Shown piece by piece: positions 1 to 9,197 of a stretch of DNA of 53,375 bases (its first letter is position 1; each line of letters begins with the position of its first letter). Both the position numbers and the translations under genes were made by a program. The DNA lies in the IMG/VR virus record IMGVR_UViG_3300032290_000786, positions 1 to 53,375 of that record. One strand, written 5' to 3'. The DNA is from a virus (Duplodnaviria; Caudoviricetes). The notes under the pieces were generated by a model. It saw only the letters and a list, made by a program, of their open reading frames with translations. It was not told where the DNA came from and made no database searches.

Positions 1-26
1 CAGTAGTCGCACATAGGCTCTTGCAT

Positions 27-278
27 TTAATCTTCCTCTTCTACTGTAACTTCTTTGGGGTTAACACCAAAATCAACAAGAACATGGTAGGCAACTTCCA
101 TATAAATAGAAGCATTTGAAATAAGGTCTTCTGGGTGATGGAGTTCGTCTTTATTATGAACTCCCCAGTTCTTAGAAAGATACTCTTTGAGCCCTGGGAT
201 AAGTCTGTCTACAAACTCGTTTGAGGTCATATAGCCGCATTTGCGTAATTCTTTGTCTGTGGGCATTTTGCGAGTCAT
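27..278 (-). CDS. hypothetical protein
   Basis: ORF-track 27-419 trimmed to ATG at 278, which has an upstream GAAAGG RBS and avoids overlap with the next gene. Confidence 0.6.
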   Translation of the reverse strand: MTRKMPTDKELRKCGYMTSNEFVDRLIPGLKEYLSKNWGVHNKDELHHPEDLISNASIYMEVAYHVLVDFGVNPKEVTVEEED

Positions 279-326
279 CTGGTGAGCCTTTCTGTCCTTT
301 GTCTTTTTGAGGGTTATGCTTATCCT

Positions 327-869
327 ATGACAACAATCATAGGGGTTCAAGAGGAAGATGGCTGCTGGTTGGCTTGCGACTCGCAGACGACGGGAGAGAC
401 TGGTCGTCCCTATGAACACCCTTGGGTCGGGAAGATTACAGAAAATGGTGAGTATTTAATTGCTGGTTCTGGAGATGCTGATGCTTGTGATGTTATTCAG
501 CATCTATGGCAACCACCTAAACCACCTCGTAGAAAAAGCGACGAGAACCTTTATCGCTTTATGCTTATAGAAGTTGTTCCTAGTTTGAGGCGCTGTCTTG
601 AGGATAATGACTATGAACAAGATAAGAATGATAAAGAAAGTGGTTATTCTTTTCTTATCGCTCTTCGTGGAGTTATCTACGAGATTGATAACACTAGCAG
701 TATCAGTCTGCGTGAAGATGGTCTTTATGGGATTGGCAGTGGTTCCAAGTTTGCAATTGGTGCTTTGATGGCAGGTGCTGATTGGGAACGAGCACTTGAG
801 ATTGCAGAGGCAAATGACATTTACACTGGTGGCACTTTTAAGTATTACGAACAGTCTAAAAAATTATAG
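327..869 (+). CDS. N-terminal nucleophile (Ntn) hydrolase, HslV/proteasome-beta-like
   Basis: Starts M-TT-IIG (Thr nucleophile), D-S-Q-x-T and GIGSGS motifs; TATGCT -10 lies 6 nt upstream (leaderless); paralog at 33041-33610. Confidence 0.75.
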   Translation: MTTIIGVQEEDGCWLACDSQTTGETGRPYEHPWVGKITENGEYLIAGSGDADACDVIQHLWQPPKPPRRKSDENLYRFMLIEVVPSLRRCLEDNDYEQDKNDKESGYSFLIALRGVIYEIDNTSSISLREDGLYGIGSGSKFAIGALMAGADWERALEIAEANDIYTGGTFKYYEQSKKL

Positions 870-970
870 AATAAAAAGTGTAGTTTTCCGCGCTCTAGGT
901 CCGTAATAAGCCGAGGAGGAAGAAAAAACGGAAAGGAGAGGGAGGGTGTGTCGGGGGCTGGCTGCGGGAG

Positions 971-1270
971 TTGACTGAATATGCTTTTTCAATGTCAGAG
1001 GAAGATGATTTTGTAGACTACATGATTGAAGTAGGAATACTTCAAGAAGATGGGTTTGATGAAGACGGAGAAGTTACATATACATATAACTTTGAGTTGA
1101 TGAAAGTTTTAATGCCAGAGATGTATGACGAAATTATGGCTGGAATTACAAACAACTTAATGAACTTGTATGAGTTAGGCTTAGTAAACGTAGATTATGA
1201 CGAAAATCTACAGGCTCACTTTTCAGCAAGTGAAGAAGGAAAAGAGTTTTTCAAAGATTTAGAAAAGTAA
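971..1270 (+). CDS. acidic hypothetical protein
   Basis: 99-aa ORF with phage-like composition. Confidence 0.65.
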   Translation: MTEYAFSMSEEDDFVDYMIEVGILQEDGFDEDGEVTYTYNFELMKVLMPEMYDEIMAGITNNLMNLYELGLVNVDYDENLQAHFSASEEGKEFFKDLEK

Positions 1271-1271
1271 T

Positions 1272-1440
1272 TCGGATGTGCGTAGGTAGGTTTCTTAATG
1301 CCTAACCGTATGTTAGGTTCCCGTCTCGTCCATACATGGGCTCTTGCTCGCATCCCACGCACATCCTTGCCCATTGTTATAGGTTTCCAACGCCTTCTTT
1401 AGAAGTACGGGGTGGCTCTGCCACTTGCCCCTATCGGCTA
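1272..1440. ncRNA. candidate structured RNA
   Basis: GGATGTGCGT(1274-1283)/ACGCACATCC(1357-1366) stem enclosing internal hairpins, plus further hairpins to 1440; lies between convergent genes. Confidence 0.35.
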
Positions 1441-1456
1441 GAAAAGATTATCAGAG

Positions 1457-2107
1457 TTACTTGACAATAACAACTGAAAGTTTAGCCTTAGGGCACTTTG
1501 CATTGATTGACTTGAGAACAGCAAGTTCTTTATCGTCAACTGTAAGTGACCAGCGCACCTTTACTTGAACCCAAGACTTGATATATGTGCAGTGGTAAAT
1601 TGCAGACACAGGTAGCCACTCTGCAGGGTCCTGGTCGGACTTTGAGCGGTTAGAGCCAGCAGTTACTGCAATAAGGGAGATTGGGTCTCCTACGTCATTT
1701 GCGTAGACCTCACGCTTGGCGGCATCCCACTTGCTTGCCCCTGAGTCCCAGGCTTCTGCAAGAGGAACAAAGTGGTCAACATCGAGGGCTGAGAAGTTAG
1801 TGACTTCTTTATTATCGTATGGGCTAAGCCACTTGCCTGTGTCTTTGACAATCTTGCAACCAGCATCAACCTTAGGCTTTACAAGAGCCTCAGCAATAAT
1901 TACATCGTTGCGAGTATTACAGCCATTCTTATCTAGGTCAGACCAGTGCTTGAATTGAGAGCGTGCATATCCTGCACGAACATCTGGAGCAATCTTGAGA
2001 GTTTTAATAGCAGCATCTACAGATGCAAAAGTTTTTGGCTTCTCGGCGGCATTGGCTGGTGTAATTGTTAATCCAATAACAACTAAAGTCATCAGTAGTT
2101 TTTTCAT
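1457..2107 (-). CDS. secreted HNH-family nuclease (DUF1524-like)
   Basis: N-terminal signal peptide, CNTR, DVDHFVPLAEAW, N-R-S-K-S-D-Q-D-P-A-E-W-L-P motifs typical of actinobacterial DUF1524 HNH proteins. Confidence 0.8.
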   Translation of the reverse strand: MKKLLMTLVVIGLTITPANAAEKPKTFASVDAAIKTLKIAPDVRAGYARSQFKHWSDLDKNGCNTRNDVIIAEALVKPKVDAGCKIVKDTGKWLSPYDNKEVTNFSALDVDHFVPLAEAWDSGASKWDAAKREVYANDVGDPISLIAVTAGSNRSKSDQDPAEWLPVSAIYHCTYIKSWVQVKVRWSLTVDDKELAVLKSINAKCPKAKLSVVIVK

Positions 2108-2225
2108 TCTTTTTCCTCTGGAATCGTTTCATCTATTTTATTAAACATATCTTTTATGCTTAAACTATCAAGTTCTTCTTTTTGCTTCTCTATCTCAAAT
2201 AAAGTAGTCAAGTCCATTCTTTCCA

Positions 2226-3434
2226 TTATAGAAGGTCAAACCAGCCAAGAGAAGATTTCACCCCACCTGTACCTGATGTTACTTTGGCAGAGAGAACTAA
2301 GACATCACTAACTGGAGTATCAGCATTTGTTCTTCCAAGTTGAAGTGCAAAGTTTACTGTATCTGAGCGTTCTGCAAGAGTGCTTTGTCTTGTAGAACTA
2401 AAGAAACCTTCTAGTAGATGCTCCCCGCCCACCATTGCTGTGGCTGATATATTGTATTCAACATTTCCACTTGCATCTGCTACCCAAGAGCCGCCAGTAA
2501 TGCTTGTTGGGTTTCTAGTGACGGAGTATTCATAATCATCAGCGGTGGTGGGAAATAAACTATATAGACTAGGAACAATTACAGAGTCTGTTTTACCTGA
2601 TGCCATACGAACAGCGATAAGAGGGTAGAGAGTAGTTCCAACAGTTGCAGTAGAACGAAGCACAGAGCGAGTATTAGTTGATTTGAAATATCCTCCGTTT
2701 GATATAACGGAGACACAAACTTGCTTTAATGTGCTTGCTGATGTAGTTGTTCCTGTATTTTCAATTTCATAGCGCACTGGTAATGATGCTGTTGTTATGT
2801 AAACGCTACTAATCAGGTTAGCGTGATTAAACTGATGAGCAATAATAAAATATCCATCAATAGCAAACCCCATTCTTACAGAACCAACACCTAGCCACTC
2901 ATACTCTGAGAAAAGAATTTGTGCTTTGCTGAGGTCAAGAGTTATATCGCTAGGACCATTGCCATCTAAAGTGTCAACATTCCACTCAGATTGTGGGATA
3001 CGAGTCTCTACAACTGAGCCAGTGACATAACTGCGTTTAACAAAATAAACGTTGGTCCCGTCTTGCTCTAAATAGAATCCATTTTGACGGCTGAAGTATC
3101 CTGCACGCTGACGTAGGTTTGTTTTAGGTGGAGCAAAAACAAAAGTTTGCAAGACTTGTAAAGATTTTCCTGGTTGATAGGGAAAGACTTTTTTTGTTTC
3201 TCTATAAACCTTAGAACCTGAAGTTGTTGTTACATTGAGGGCTGCTGTGCTCTCATTTGCTAAATGAGTAACTGTTGCGCCAGTTTCAGTTATATCGCTG
3301 AAATCACCGTTTTGGGAGTAGCGGTGGCTAGAGTCAAAAAGAGAGTAGGCATCAGATGTTTTGATGCGCCCGAACATATCGGTACGAAAACTTGAGTATC
3401 CGTGTTGCGATACATTGGGGATTTTTCCTGTCAT
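2226..3434 (-). CDS. beta-rich hypothetical protein, possible virion/lectin-like
   Basis: 402-aa Ser/Thr-rich ORF; D-x-FGR, YQPGKS and EWLGVG motifs recall conserved aquatic phage proteins. Confidence 0.55.
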   Translation of the reverse strand: MTGKIPNVSQHGYSSFRTDMFGRIKTSDAYSLFDSSHRYSQNGDFSDITETGATVTHLANESTAALNVTTTSGSKVYRETKKVFPYQPGKSLQVLQTFVFAPPKTNLRQRAGYFSRQNGFYLEQDGTNVYFVKRSYVTGSVVETRIPQSEWNVDTLDGNGPSDITLDLSKAQILFSEYEWLGVGSVRMGFAIDGYFIIAHQFNHANLISSVYITTASLPVRYEIENTGTTTSASTLKQVCVSVISNGGYFKSTNTRSVLRSTATVGTTLYPLIAVRMASGKTDSVIVPSLYSLFPTTADDYEYSVTRNPTSITGGSWVADASGNVEYNISATAMVGGEHLLEGFFSSTRQSTLAERSDTVNFALQLGRTNADTPVSDVLVLSAKVTSGTGGVKSSLGWFDLL

Positions 3435-3451
3435 ATTGACTAGTTTATAGT

Positions 3452-3489
3452 AAAAAAGGACCCCCCTTTCGGGAGGTCCTTTTCTTTTT
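3452..3489. terminator. bidirectional intrinsic terminator
   Basis: AAAAGGACC-CCC/GGG-A-GGTCCTTTT hairpin with A and T tracts. Confidence 0.75.
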
Positions 3490-3499
3490 GACGGATTGA

Positions 3500-3667
3500 C
3501 TAAAGACTGCGTATTAGCCTAGCAATATAACGAATTACTTCGTTTGGTCTCCAACTTGGGTCAATCTCCAGTTGTTCGATTTGGACAGCAATTGCTTCCT
3601 TTTGATTACTTAGTGCTTCTTCATGGCCCCAGCCAAATTTAGGTTCCAAATTATGATTGGAGGGCAT
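3500..3667 (-). CDS. hypothetical protein
   Basis: ATG at 3667 overlaps the end of the upstream gene. Confidence 0.5.
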   Translation of the reverse strand: MPSNHNLEPKFGWGHEEALSNQKEAIAVQIEQLEIDPSWRPNEVIRYIARLIRSL

Positions 3668-4226
3668 AACGGTTTTTGTCCAGAATTGGCTTGTAACAAC
3701 TATTAGTTGAACCATTCTTTTCCATGTAGCCATAGCGTGCTAGACGGAATCGAAGAGAACCATGAGTTACTCCTAGATACTTAGCAAGTCGGAATAGAGA
3801 TACTCCATCTTGCTTATATGTCTCATAGATAAGAGCAGAGTATTCTTCTGCTTCTTTTCGATAGCGTGGAGAGTGTGAACGCACTTGCTGAGCAAGTGGC
3901 TGAAGTTCCAACATCTTTGCAAGAGCATCTGGACGTGGTTCTGGGTAAATCTTCTTTTCACGAACTGGCTTCAATGGAGGAGTTGGCAGTGGGAAGCCCG
4001 CTACTGAAACCTCTCTTGCAGAAGTCTCGTAGTCTCCGTTACAAATTTGACGGATGCGTTCACGAGTGACACCGTGAACATCTGCTAAAGATTGTAAACT
4101 CCACTCTTGATTACGAAGAGCCTTGATGTAAGCATTGCGCTTAGGGATGTCTTCGTTGATAGTCTTAAAAGCATCAACCACCTCCGTTGGGAGTACATGG
4201 TTAATCTTTTGGTATTGGCTCGTCAT
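3651..4226 (-). CDS. twin helix-turn-helix DNA-binding protein with sigma-70 region 4.2-like helix
   Basis: WSLQSLADVHGVTRERIRQI and C-terminal LFRLAKYLGVTHGSL; ATG 4226 with GAAAGGA RBS; paralogs at 42150-42803 and 44919-45419. Confidence 0.7.
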   Translation of the reverse strand: MTSQYQKINHVLPTEVVDAFKTINEDIPKRNAYIKALRNQEWSLQSLADVHGVTRERIRQICNGDYETSAREVSVAGFPLPTPPLKPVREKKIYPEPRPDALAKMLELQPLAQQVRSHSPRYRKEAEEYSALIYETYKQDGVSLFRLAKYLGVTHGSLRFRLARYGYMEKNGSTNSCYKPILDKNRYALQS

Positions 4227-4333
4227 TATTTTCCTTTCGTTGTTTATCATGTTACTGGCAAGTATACGCACAACTAGACAATCAACGCAAACTAAGATAC
4301 TTTCCTGACTATTTGAAATATCTTACTATTAGA

Positions 4334-4633
4334 CTATAGTTCTTCCTCATCGTCGTCTTCGCTAGGCTCAAAGCCTTGAGTCCGATACCAGACTATCCAC
4401 TCGCACATTTCATCAACATCTATGGTCTGGATATGCTCAACTCCCAACAACTTTGTTATCTCTTGAACATATGAAGATAACTCTGGTCTTGGGACATCTG
4501 TTTTGTTTGACATATATTCATAGAGGGTGTCGAGCATCTCTCCAATGAAGTCTCTATCAGCCGTGCGAAACCCTGAGTCCATGACAATTTTGATAAACTC
4601 TTGGTTGAAGTATTGGTCGTTTCGCTCGTCCAT
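4334..4633 (-). CDS. hypothetical protein
   Basis: 99-aa ORF; TATACT 6 nt upstream (leaderless). Confidence 0.65.
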   Translation of the reverse strand: MDERNDQYFNQEFIKIVMDSGFRTADRDFIGEMLDTLYEYMSNKTDVPRPELSSYVQEITKLLGVEHIQTIDVDEMCEWIVWYRTQGFEPSEDDDEEEL

Positions 4634-4660
4634 TCAATAAGTATAGAGTAGGCTTTCGTA

Positions 4661-5053
4661 ATGATTACTTCTAGAGAGCAGACTCACCATCTATGGGGGC
4701 AGGTTAATGCGGAACTTTGTCAGGGCTACGTTGAGAGTTGCGATACGAGTAGCGGTAATCTGTGGATTCATATTGTTGGTCCAAACAGTAAGTGGGTCGT
4801 CGTCTGCGCTGGAGCAATGAAGATTGCTTCTATTCCAGAGATAAAGCCAGAGATGGCACTTAATCCAGACTACTTTGTTGGCCATGTAGTTAATGTAATT
4901 AGACCAACTTTTGATACAGAAACATTTTGGGATGTTGAACCATCTGATGCTTTTATGAGTATTGACCATGTCTCTATGGAGATAATGGGTGAGCATTTTC
5001 AATTCTTATTACAAATTGAAAAGTTTGGATTAAGCAAAATTCAAGACGCGTAG
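4661..5053 (+). CDS. hypothetical protein
   Basis: 130-aa ORF; TAGGCT 6 nt upstream (leaderless). Confidence 0.6.
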   Translation: MITSREQTHHLWGQVNAELCQGYVESCDTSSGNLWIHIVGPNSKWVVVCAGAMKIASIPEIKPEMALNPDYFVGHVVNVIRPTFDTETFWDVEPSDAFMSIDHVSMEIMGEHFQFLLQIEKFGLSKIQDA

Positions 5054-5067
5054 TCAAGACATTTCTT

Positions 5068-5703
5068 ATGGGGATGAAAGAAGATTACTCTGTAGAAAGT
5101 ATCTCTTATAGAGATGCAATGGAAATTGTTATCGCTAAACATTATCTGCATAGAAAATGTCCTGTAAGCCATGCTTATGGATTAATTGACCGTTCTACTG
5201 GAGAAATTGTTGGTGTTGTTACTTATGGAGTAAGTCCATCTTCTACGCTTCTAAAAGGCATATGTGGACCAGATGAGGCAAAGAATGTTTATGAGTTGAA
5301 CCGATTATGGGTTGATGACAAAGTTGCTAAAAATGGCGAAAGTTATTTAGTGGCAAATAGCATGAAATATTTAGATAGAGAGATAGTTGTTTCTTTTGCA
5401 GATACTTCTCAGGGGCACGTTGGAATTATCTATCAAGCAGCAAACTTTTTATACACGGGGCTATCGTCAAAGTTTCGTGACCCAAAGGTAAAAGGTAAAG
5501 AGAATCAGCATCATGCTACATATGCCAACGGACTAACAAACGCCCAAGTTATTGAGAAGTTTGGGGAAGACAATGTTTACTTTGTGGACCGACCACGAAA
5601 GCACCGATATATCTATTTTAATTGCAGCAAGACAAAGCGTAAAGAATTAATAAAGAAACTTCGCTACAAAGTTATTGAATATCCGAAGCACCATTCGGCA
5701 TAA
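5068..5703 (+). CDS. Mom-like GNAT-fold adenine modification protein
   Basis: HYLHR, GVVTYG, ELNRLW, ES..VANS, VVSFAD..GH.G.IYQAANF.YTG motifs of Mom-family proteins. Confidence 0.75.
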   Translation: MGMKEDYSVESISYRDAMEIVIAKHYLHRKCPVSHAYGLIDRSTGEIVGVVTYGVSPSSTLLKGICGPDEAKNVYELNRLWVDDKVAKNGESYLVANSMKYLDREIVVSFADTSQGHVGIIYQAANFLYTGLSSKFRDPKVKGKENQHHATYANGLTNAQVIEKFGEDNVYFVDRPRKHRYIYFNCSKTKRKELIKKLRYKVIEYPKHHSA

Positions 5704-5902
5704 GAATTTCATCATCTTCGTCATAGATATTTAGTGCTGTATTGATAAAGTGGTCTTCGTTATCTCGGAAATGGTGTCCGCAGAAGTAGAGGTCCCCTGA
5801 AGCAAAAACAACCATGTAAACAGCCTTACCAATACAACGGTCACAACGGTCTTGTGGTTGTATGACTTTCTGGGGTGTTTCAGTTGTTTCTGTTTCTAGC
5901 AT
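5672..5902 (-). CDS. small Zn-finger protein
   Basis: DRCDRC...FCGHH pattern seen in small actinobacterial proteins. Confidence 0.65.
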   Translation of the reverse strand: MLETETTETPQKVIQPQDRCDRCIGKAVYMVVFASGDLYFCGHHFRDNEDHFINTALNIYDEDDEILMPNGASDIQ

Positions 5903-6126
5903 TAGTTCTCTCCAAACTCAGCGTAGATTTCTTTACAGACAGGACATACTGGATATTTCTCTGGGTCTCTTGATGGAACCCAAACCTTACCGCAGAGGGC
6001 AACTACGGGCCATCCGTTAACCATTGCTTCTGTTGCTTCCCCTTTTTCAACATAATGAGCGAAACGGTCATGGTCACCGCTGTCAGTAAAAGTTTGTGTG
6101 TCGGTCTCATATACCGTTTCGCTCAT
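5902..6126 (-). CDS. DUF3039 domain protein
   Basis: HYV..., VVALCGKVWVPSRDP.KYPVCPVCKEIY. Confidence 0.85.
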   Translation of the reverse strand: MSETVYETDTQTFTDSGDHDRFAHYVEKGEATEAMVNGWPVVALCGKVWVPSRDPEKYPVCPVCKEIYAEFGEN

Positions 6127-6135
6127 ACGATAATT

Positions 6136-7080
6136 TTAGTAGACAACTGGTACTAGTGATTTTAATACTCTGTCTTTTGGCATCACTGCTAGATGTGATG
6201 AAACATCTTTACTTCCATACGAGATGACAAAGTTTTTATCAATTGTTACTATTCCAGCAGCAAACTCAACTCCAGGTTGAAAAAAGTGAAAACCAGCAGA
6301 GAGCGCAATTATGTGACCTTTTTGGTCATACTGTGCAAAGTAATGTGCATAGTTTCTTTGATGACTTGTTACAGTTCCGAAGGTTTGTCGTGAGAATAAG
6401 TTCTCTGTCTTACCCCACATACGATGGACAACTGATAGATATGTTCCATCCTCAAGTGTTAGAAGATTGGTATTTCCTCTTAAAGTAGAGACGGCTGGAC
6501 TATCTGTCATCCATGTAGATAGAACACCATCTTTAATTGTTGAGTTTGGTCCATATATAAAATCAAAGTTTGGGTTTGGTTCTGGTGGAGCCATCCAATT
6601 CTTTTCAGGACGCTTAATATCAATTCCAGGATACTTTTCAATAGAAACAACTTTAGTTGCCTTTTTATCTAAATGACCAACAACCATGCGTGCAATGGGA
6701 GTATGTGCTTCCATCATCACTGCTGTAAATTTCCAATGGTCTTTATCCCAGATAAGTTTAGGGTCTTCTAACCCACGGACAATTGGAATTTCTAATTGAG
6801 AAGTATCAATTTGTCGCAAGTTCTTAATCTTTAGTTCTTTATCTAAATCAGCAAACCAGAACTGACTTCTAATTGTATCTGCGGGGGTTGTGACGGTATA
6901 TGCACCATCTGGAGTAATTACATAGTTACTAGAGCGGATTGCTATTGCGTAGTCTTTACGACCTGCTTTTCCAATAGATGGATTGGTAGCAGACCAAAGT
7001 TTGGTATCTGTCTTAACAAATCGGCGTAAGTCTTTTATTTCTCCGCCAAGTTCTGTAATGGTTGGGTATTCGTATTTCAT
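6136..7080 (-). CDS. five-bladed beta-propeller glycosidase/phosphorylase-like protein (GH130-like)
   Basis: NPSI, GLEDPKL, EKNW, VEFAAG and YG..D motifs. Confidence 0.6.
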   Translation of the reverse strand: MKYEYPTITELGGEIKDLRRFVKTDTKLWSATNPSIGKAGRKDYAIAIRSSNYVITPDGAYTVTTPADTIRSQFWFADLDKELKIKNLRQIDTSQLEIPIVRGLEDPKLIWDKDHWKFTAVMMEAHTPIARMVVGHLDKKATKVVSIEKYPGIDIKRPEKNWMAPPEPNPNFDFIYGPNSTIKDGVLSTWMTDSPAVSTLRGNTNLLTLEDGTYLSVVHRMWGKTENLFSRQTFGTVTSHQRNYAHYFAQYDQKGHIIALSAGFHFFQPGVEFAAGIVTIDKNFVISYGSKDVSSHLAVMPKDRVLKSLVPVVY

Positions 7081-7868
7081 TAGTCTGCGTAAATCACTTT
7101 CGGGTATCTATCAACAACTCCACTCTTCTTATGAGCAAGTGTAAATATATTATCTCCTGTATGGTTTATTTGATATCCGATTGCTTGTAGTTTATGGACA
7201 TCTGTGTAGTTAGGTTCTTCAAAACAATTCTCTGTCCAAATACTTCCATCAAACCCTGCTGCTTTAATTGTGTGCATTAGGGAGTGAATACTGTATTCAT
7301 AGTTATGTCGGTATGGGGAACGGTCATGGCGATATTGCATATAGAAGTATGGCTCAAAGCCTCGAAGCATTTTAGTAATAGACCAGGTGCTCACAGCATT
7401 AGGTGTAGTAAGGATTAGCGTTCCTAATTCCTTAGTTACTCGATTGAGTTCTGCCAACATATACATAGGGTCAACTTCCATATGCTCAAGAACTTCTGAG
7501 CATAGAACATAGTCAAACTTTTCATCTTCAAATGGGAGAGGGTCATTTTCAATATTTACACGAACACACTTAACTACTTTTGAAAAACCATTTAGTGAGA
7601 CAGTAGTTTCTCCAATAGGTTCTTCATTCAAATTAAAATCAGTAACATACACTTCTAAATCTGGGAGAAGTTTCTCTAGTGCTAGAGGAATAAGATTAGA
7701 TGTTCCAATCTCAAGAAGAGTTCCTTCGGGTTTCTGGTCAATAAGAACTTGTAAAGTTCTTGCCATACGACGCTTATGGTTGTTATGGTAGAAATCGTCA
7801 GGAGAGATGAGAGACTCTAGAGTCTGCTTAATCTCTATAGAGATGTTCTCGTATGGGTCAGTAATCAT
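7080..7868 (-). CDS. class I SAM-dependent methyltransferase
   Basis: LLEIG motif I, LPFEDEKFDYVLCSEVLEH, LILTTPN, H..EY. Confidence 0.85.
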   Translation of the reverse strand: MITDPYENISIEIKQTLESLISPDDFYHNNHKRRMARTLQVLIDQKPEGTLLEIGTSNLIPLALEKLLPDLEVYVTDFNLNEEPIGETTVSLNGFSKVVKCVRVNIENDPLPFEDEKFDYVLCSEVLEHMEVDPMYMLAELNRVTKELGTLILTTPNAVSTWSITKMLRGFEPYFYMQYRHDRSPYRHNYEYSIHSLMHTIKAAGFDGSIWTENCFEEPNYTDVHKLQAIGYQINHTGDNIFTLAHKKSGVVDRYPKVIYAD

Positions 7869-7914
7869 GTAAACAGTCTATTGCACCATCTAGGAAAGAA
7901 GGGTTCAAACTCGG

Positions 7915-7985
7915 AGCGAGTGACCAGAATCGAACTGGCACTATCTGCTTGGAAGGCAGATGCACTACCATTATGCAACACTCGC
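7915..7985 (-). tRNA. trnG: tRNA-Gly (anticodon TCC)
   Basis: Cloverleaf: GCGAGTG/CACTCGC acceptor, TCTGC-CTTCCAA-GCAGA anticodon arm, GCCAG-TTCGATT-CTGGT T-arm; CCA not encoded. Confidence 0.95.
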
Positions 7986-8007
7986 GGGTAGTAAGAGTTT
8001 AGTCTTA

Positions 8008-8175
8008 TTACTTACCTTCTGCAATTCTTATATCAATTCTGGCGCATTGGATAGAGACTGCTGCCGATGTATATACGGTATTACATTCTGTGCAGGTGTT
8101 AGACTCTGGTCTAAAGTCTGGATTATCTACTATAAATCTTCTAAGAGAATTTTTTCTAATTTCACTGTCGGTCAT
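8008..8175 (-). CDS. small hypothetical protein (CxxC)
   Basis: 55-aa ORF read manually, overlapping start/stop with neighbour. Confidence 0.45.
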   Translation of the reverse strand: MTDSEIRKNSLRRFIVDNPDFRPESNTCTECNTVYTSAAVSIQCARIDIRIAEGK

Positions 8176-8303
8176 ATGTCATCTCTTTCTTCGTGTTTTG
8201 CTTCGCACTGACGTGCTAAATCTGGAACTACAAACATCTTCTGACAATAATAGCACTGCCACCGCTTTAGGCGCTCGCGCTCTTTATCTTCGTAATAAGA
8301 CAC
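8172..8303 (-). CDS. small C2H2-like Zn-finger protein
   Basis: WQCYYC...QCEAKH; GTG start with GGAGG RBS. Confidence 0.5.
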   Translation of the reverse strand: MSYYEDKERERLKRWQCYYCQKMFVVPDLARQCEAKHEERDDI

Positions 8304-8482
8304 TATCCTCCAGTTGAGTAGAAGCCACGACCCTTGAACACCGCCGCTGGTGCAGAGTAAATTCTTTTTAGTGCTTCTACGCAATCTGGAGCAGAACAAG
8401 TGTAAATTGTTTGTTCTTCAGCCATAGGACGCTCTTGTATGTTGTAGTGTCCTTTTTCGCATTCGTATTCGTAAGTTGCCAT
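8303..8482 (-). CDS. FmdB-family zinc ribbon protein
   Basis: MATYEYEC..GH...C...C...RIYSAPAAVFKGRGFYST. Confidence 0.8.
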   Translation of the reverse strand: MATYEYECEKGHYNIQERPMAEEQTIYTCSAPDCVEALKRIYSAPAAVFKGRGFYSTGG

Positions 8483-8682
8483 TACTTCCCGTATTTCATC
8501 CAAATATACATAACGGTCATTCCGCAAGCCATCCCTGCAAAAGTCATAAACATTAAGAACATATCGCTGTTCATCTTAAATATCTTCCTTAGTGAAGTGG
8601 ATGATAAACAGAGACAATAGATATGCAACTAAACAAGTAGTTCCAATATACTTCATAAACATAAGAAAAGAAGCAAGCATTG

Positions 8683-8991
8683 TTATTCTTCTTCTGACTT
8701 AGTTCCAGCAGCAGATGTTCCATTAAGCATGAAGCCTGAGATAACACCTACAAGGAATGAAATAGTTGTTGATAGAAGACCAAAGAATGCTTTGTCGTTT
8801 TCAGACTGAACTTCACCAAGAGGTTGAGTAACAAAAGTAACTGCGTAGATAATTGCCATTGTTGCGCCAAAGACGGTCATAGCAAGCATTAGACCTACAT
8901 AGAAACGAAGACGAGCGTTAAGTTCGTCTGTAGTAAAGCGTGGTCGTCTATTTATTTGTAGACGGGGCATTTTCATATTCGGAGTCTTCAT
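8683..8991 (-). CDS. two-TM membrane protein
   Basis: Two hydrophobic helices. Confidence 0.65.
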   Translation of the reverse strand: MKTPNMKMPRLQINRRPRFTTDELNARLRFYVGLMLAMTVFGATMAIIYAVTFVTQPLGEVQSENDKAFFGLLSTTISFLVGVISGFMLNGTSAAGTKSEEE

Positions 8992-9181
8992 CGTAGAGTG
9001 GAGTTCCTCTCATTACATCCTTAGTGCAGATACCGAACGCTTCGCAGTCGGGAGGTAGGCACTCTGGAGATTCCCAGTTGGCAGGGTCTTGGCATGGGTA
9101 ACGATAAACTTCTTTGAAATCATATTTGCTACAGCCAGTTAAGAGTACGAGGCTGATAAGTATGAGGGGAAGTTTTTTCAC
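8948..9181 (-). CDS. Cys-rich lipoprotein
   Basis: Lipobox LLTGC; RYPCQDPANW..PEC.PP.C...G.C. Confidence 0.7.
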   Translation of the reverse strand: MKKLPLILISLVLLTGCSKYDFKEVYRYPCQDPANWESPECLPPDCEAFGICTKDVMRGTPLYDEDSEYENAPSTNK

Positions 9182-9197
9182 TCCCCTATTTTACTAG

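Noticed and set aside
870-970. Purine/G-rich stretch as an RNA gene or G-quadruplex
   Set aside because: Only a 6-bp TTTCCG/CGGAAA stem and irregular G-runs; insufficient support
8683-9181. Overlapping lipoprotein and membrane gene as a spanin pair
   Set aside because: Gene order and topology do not match Rz/Rz1, and the inferred host is a monoderm
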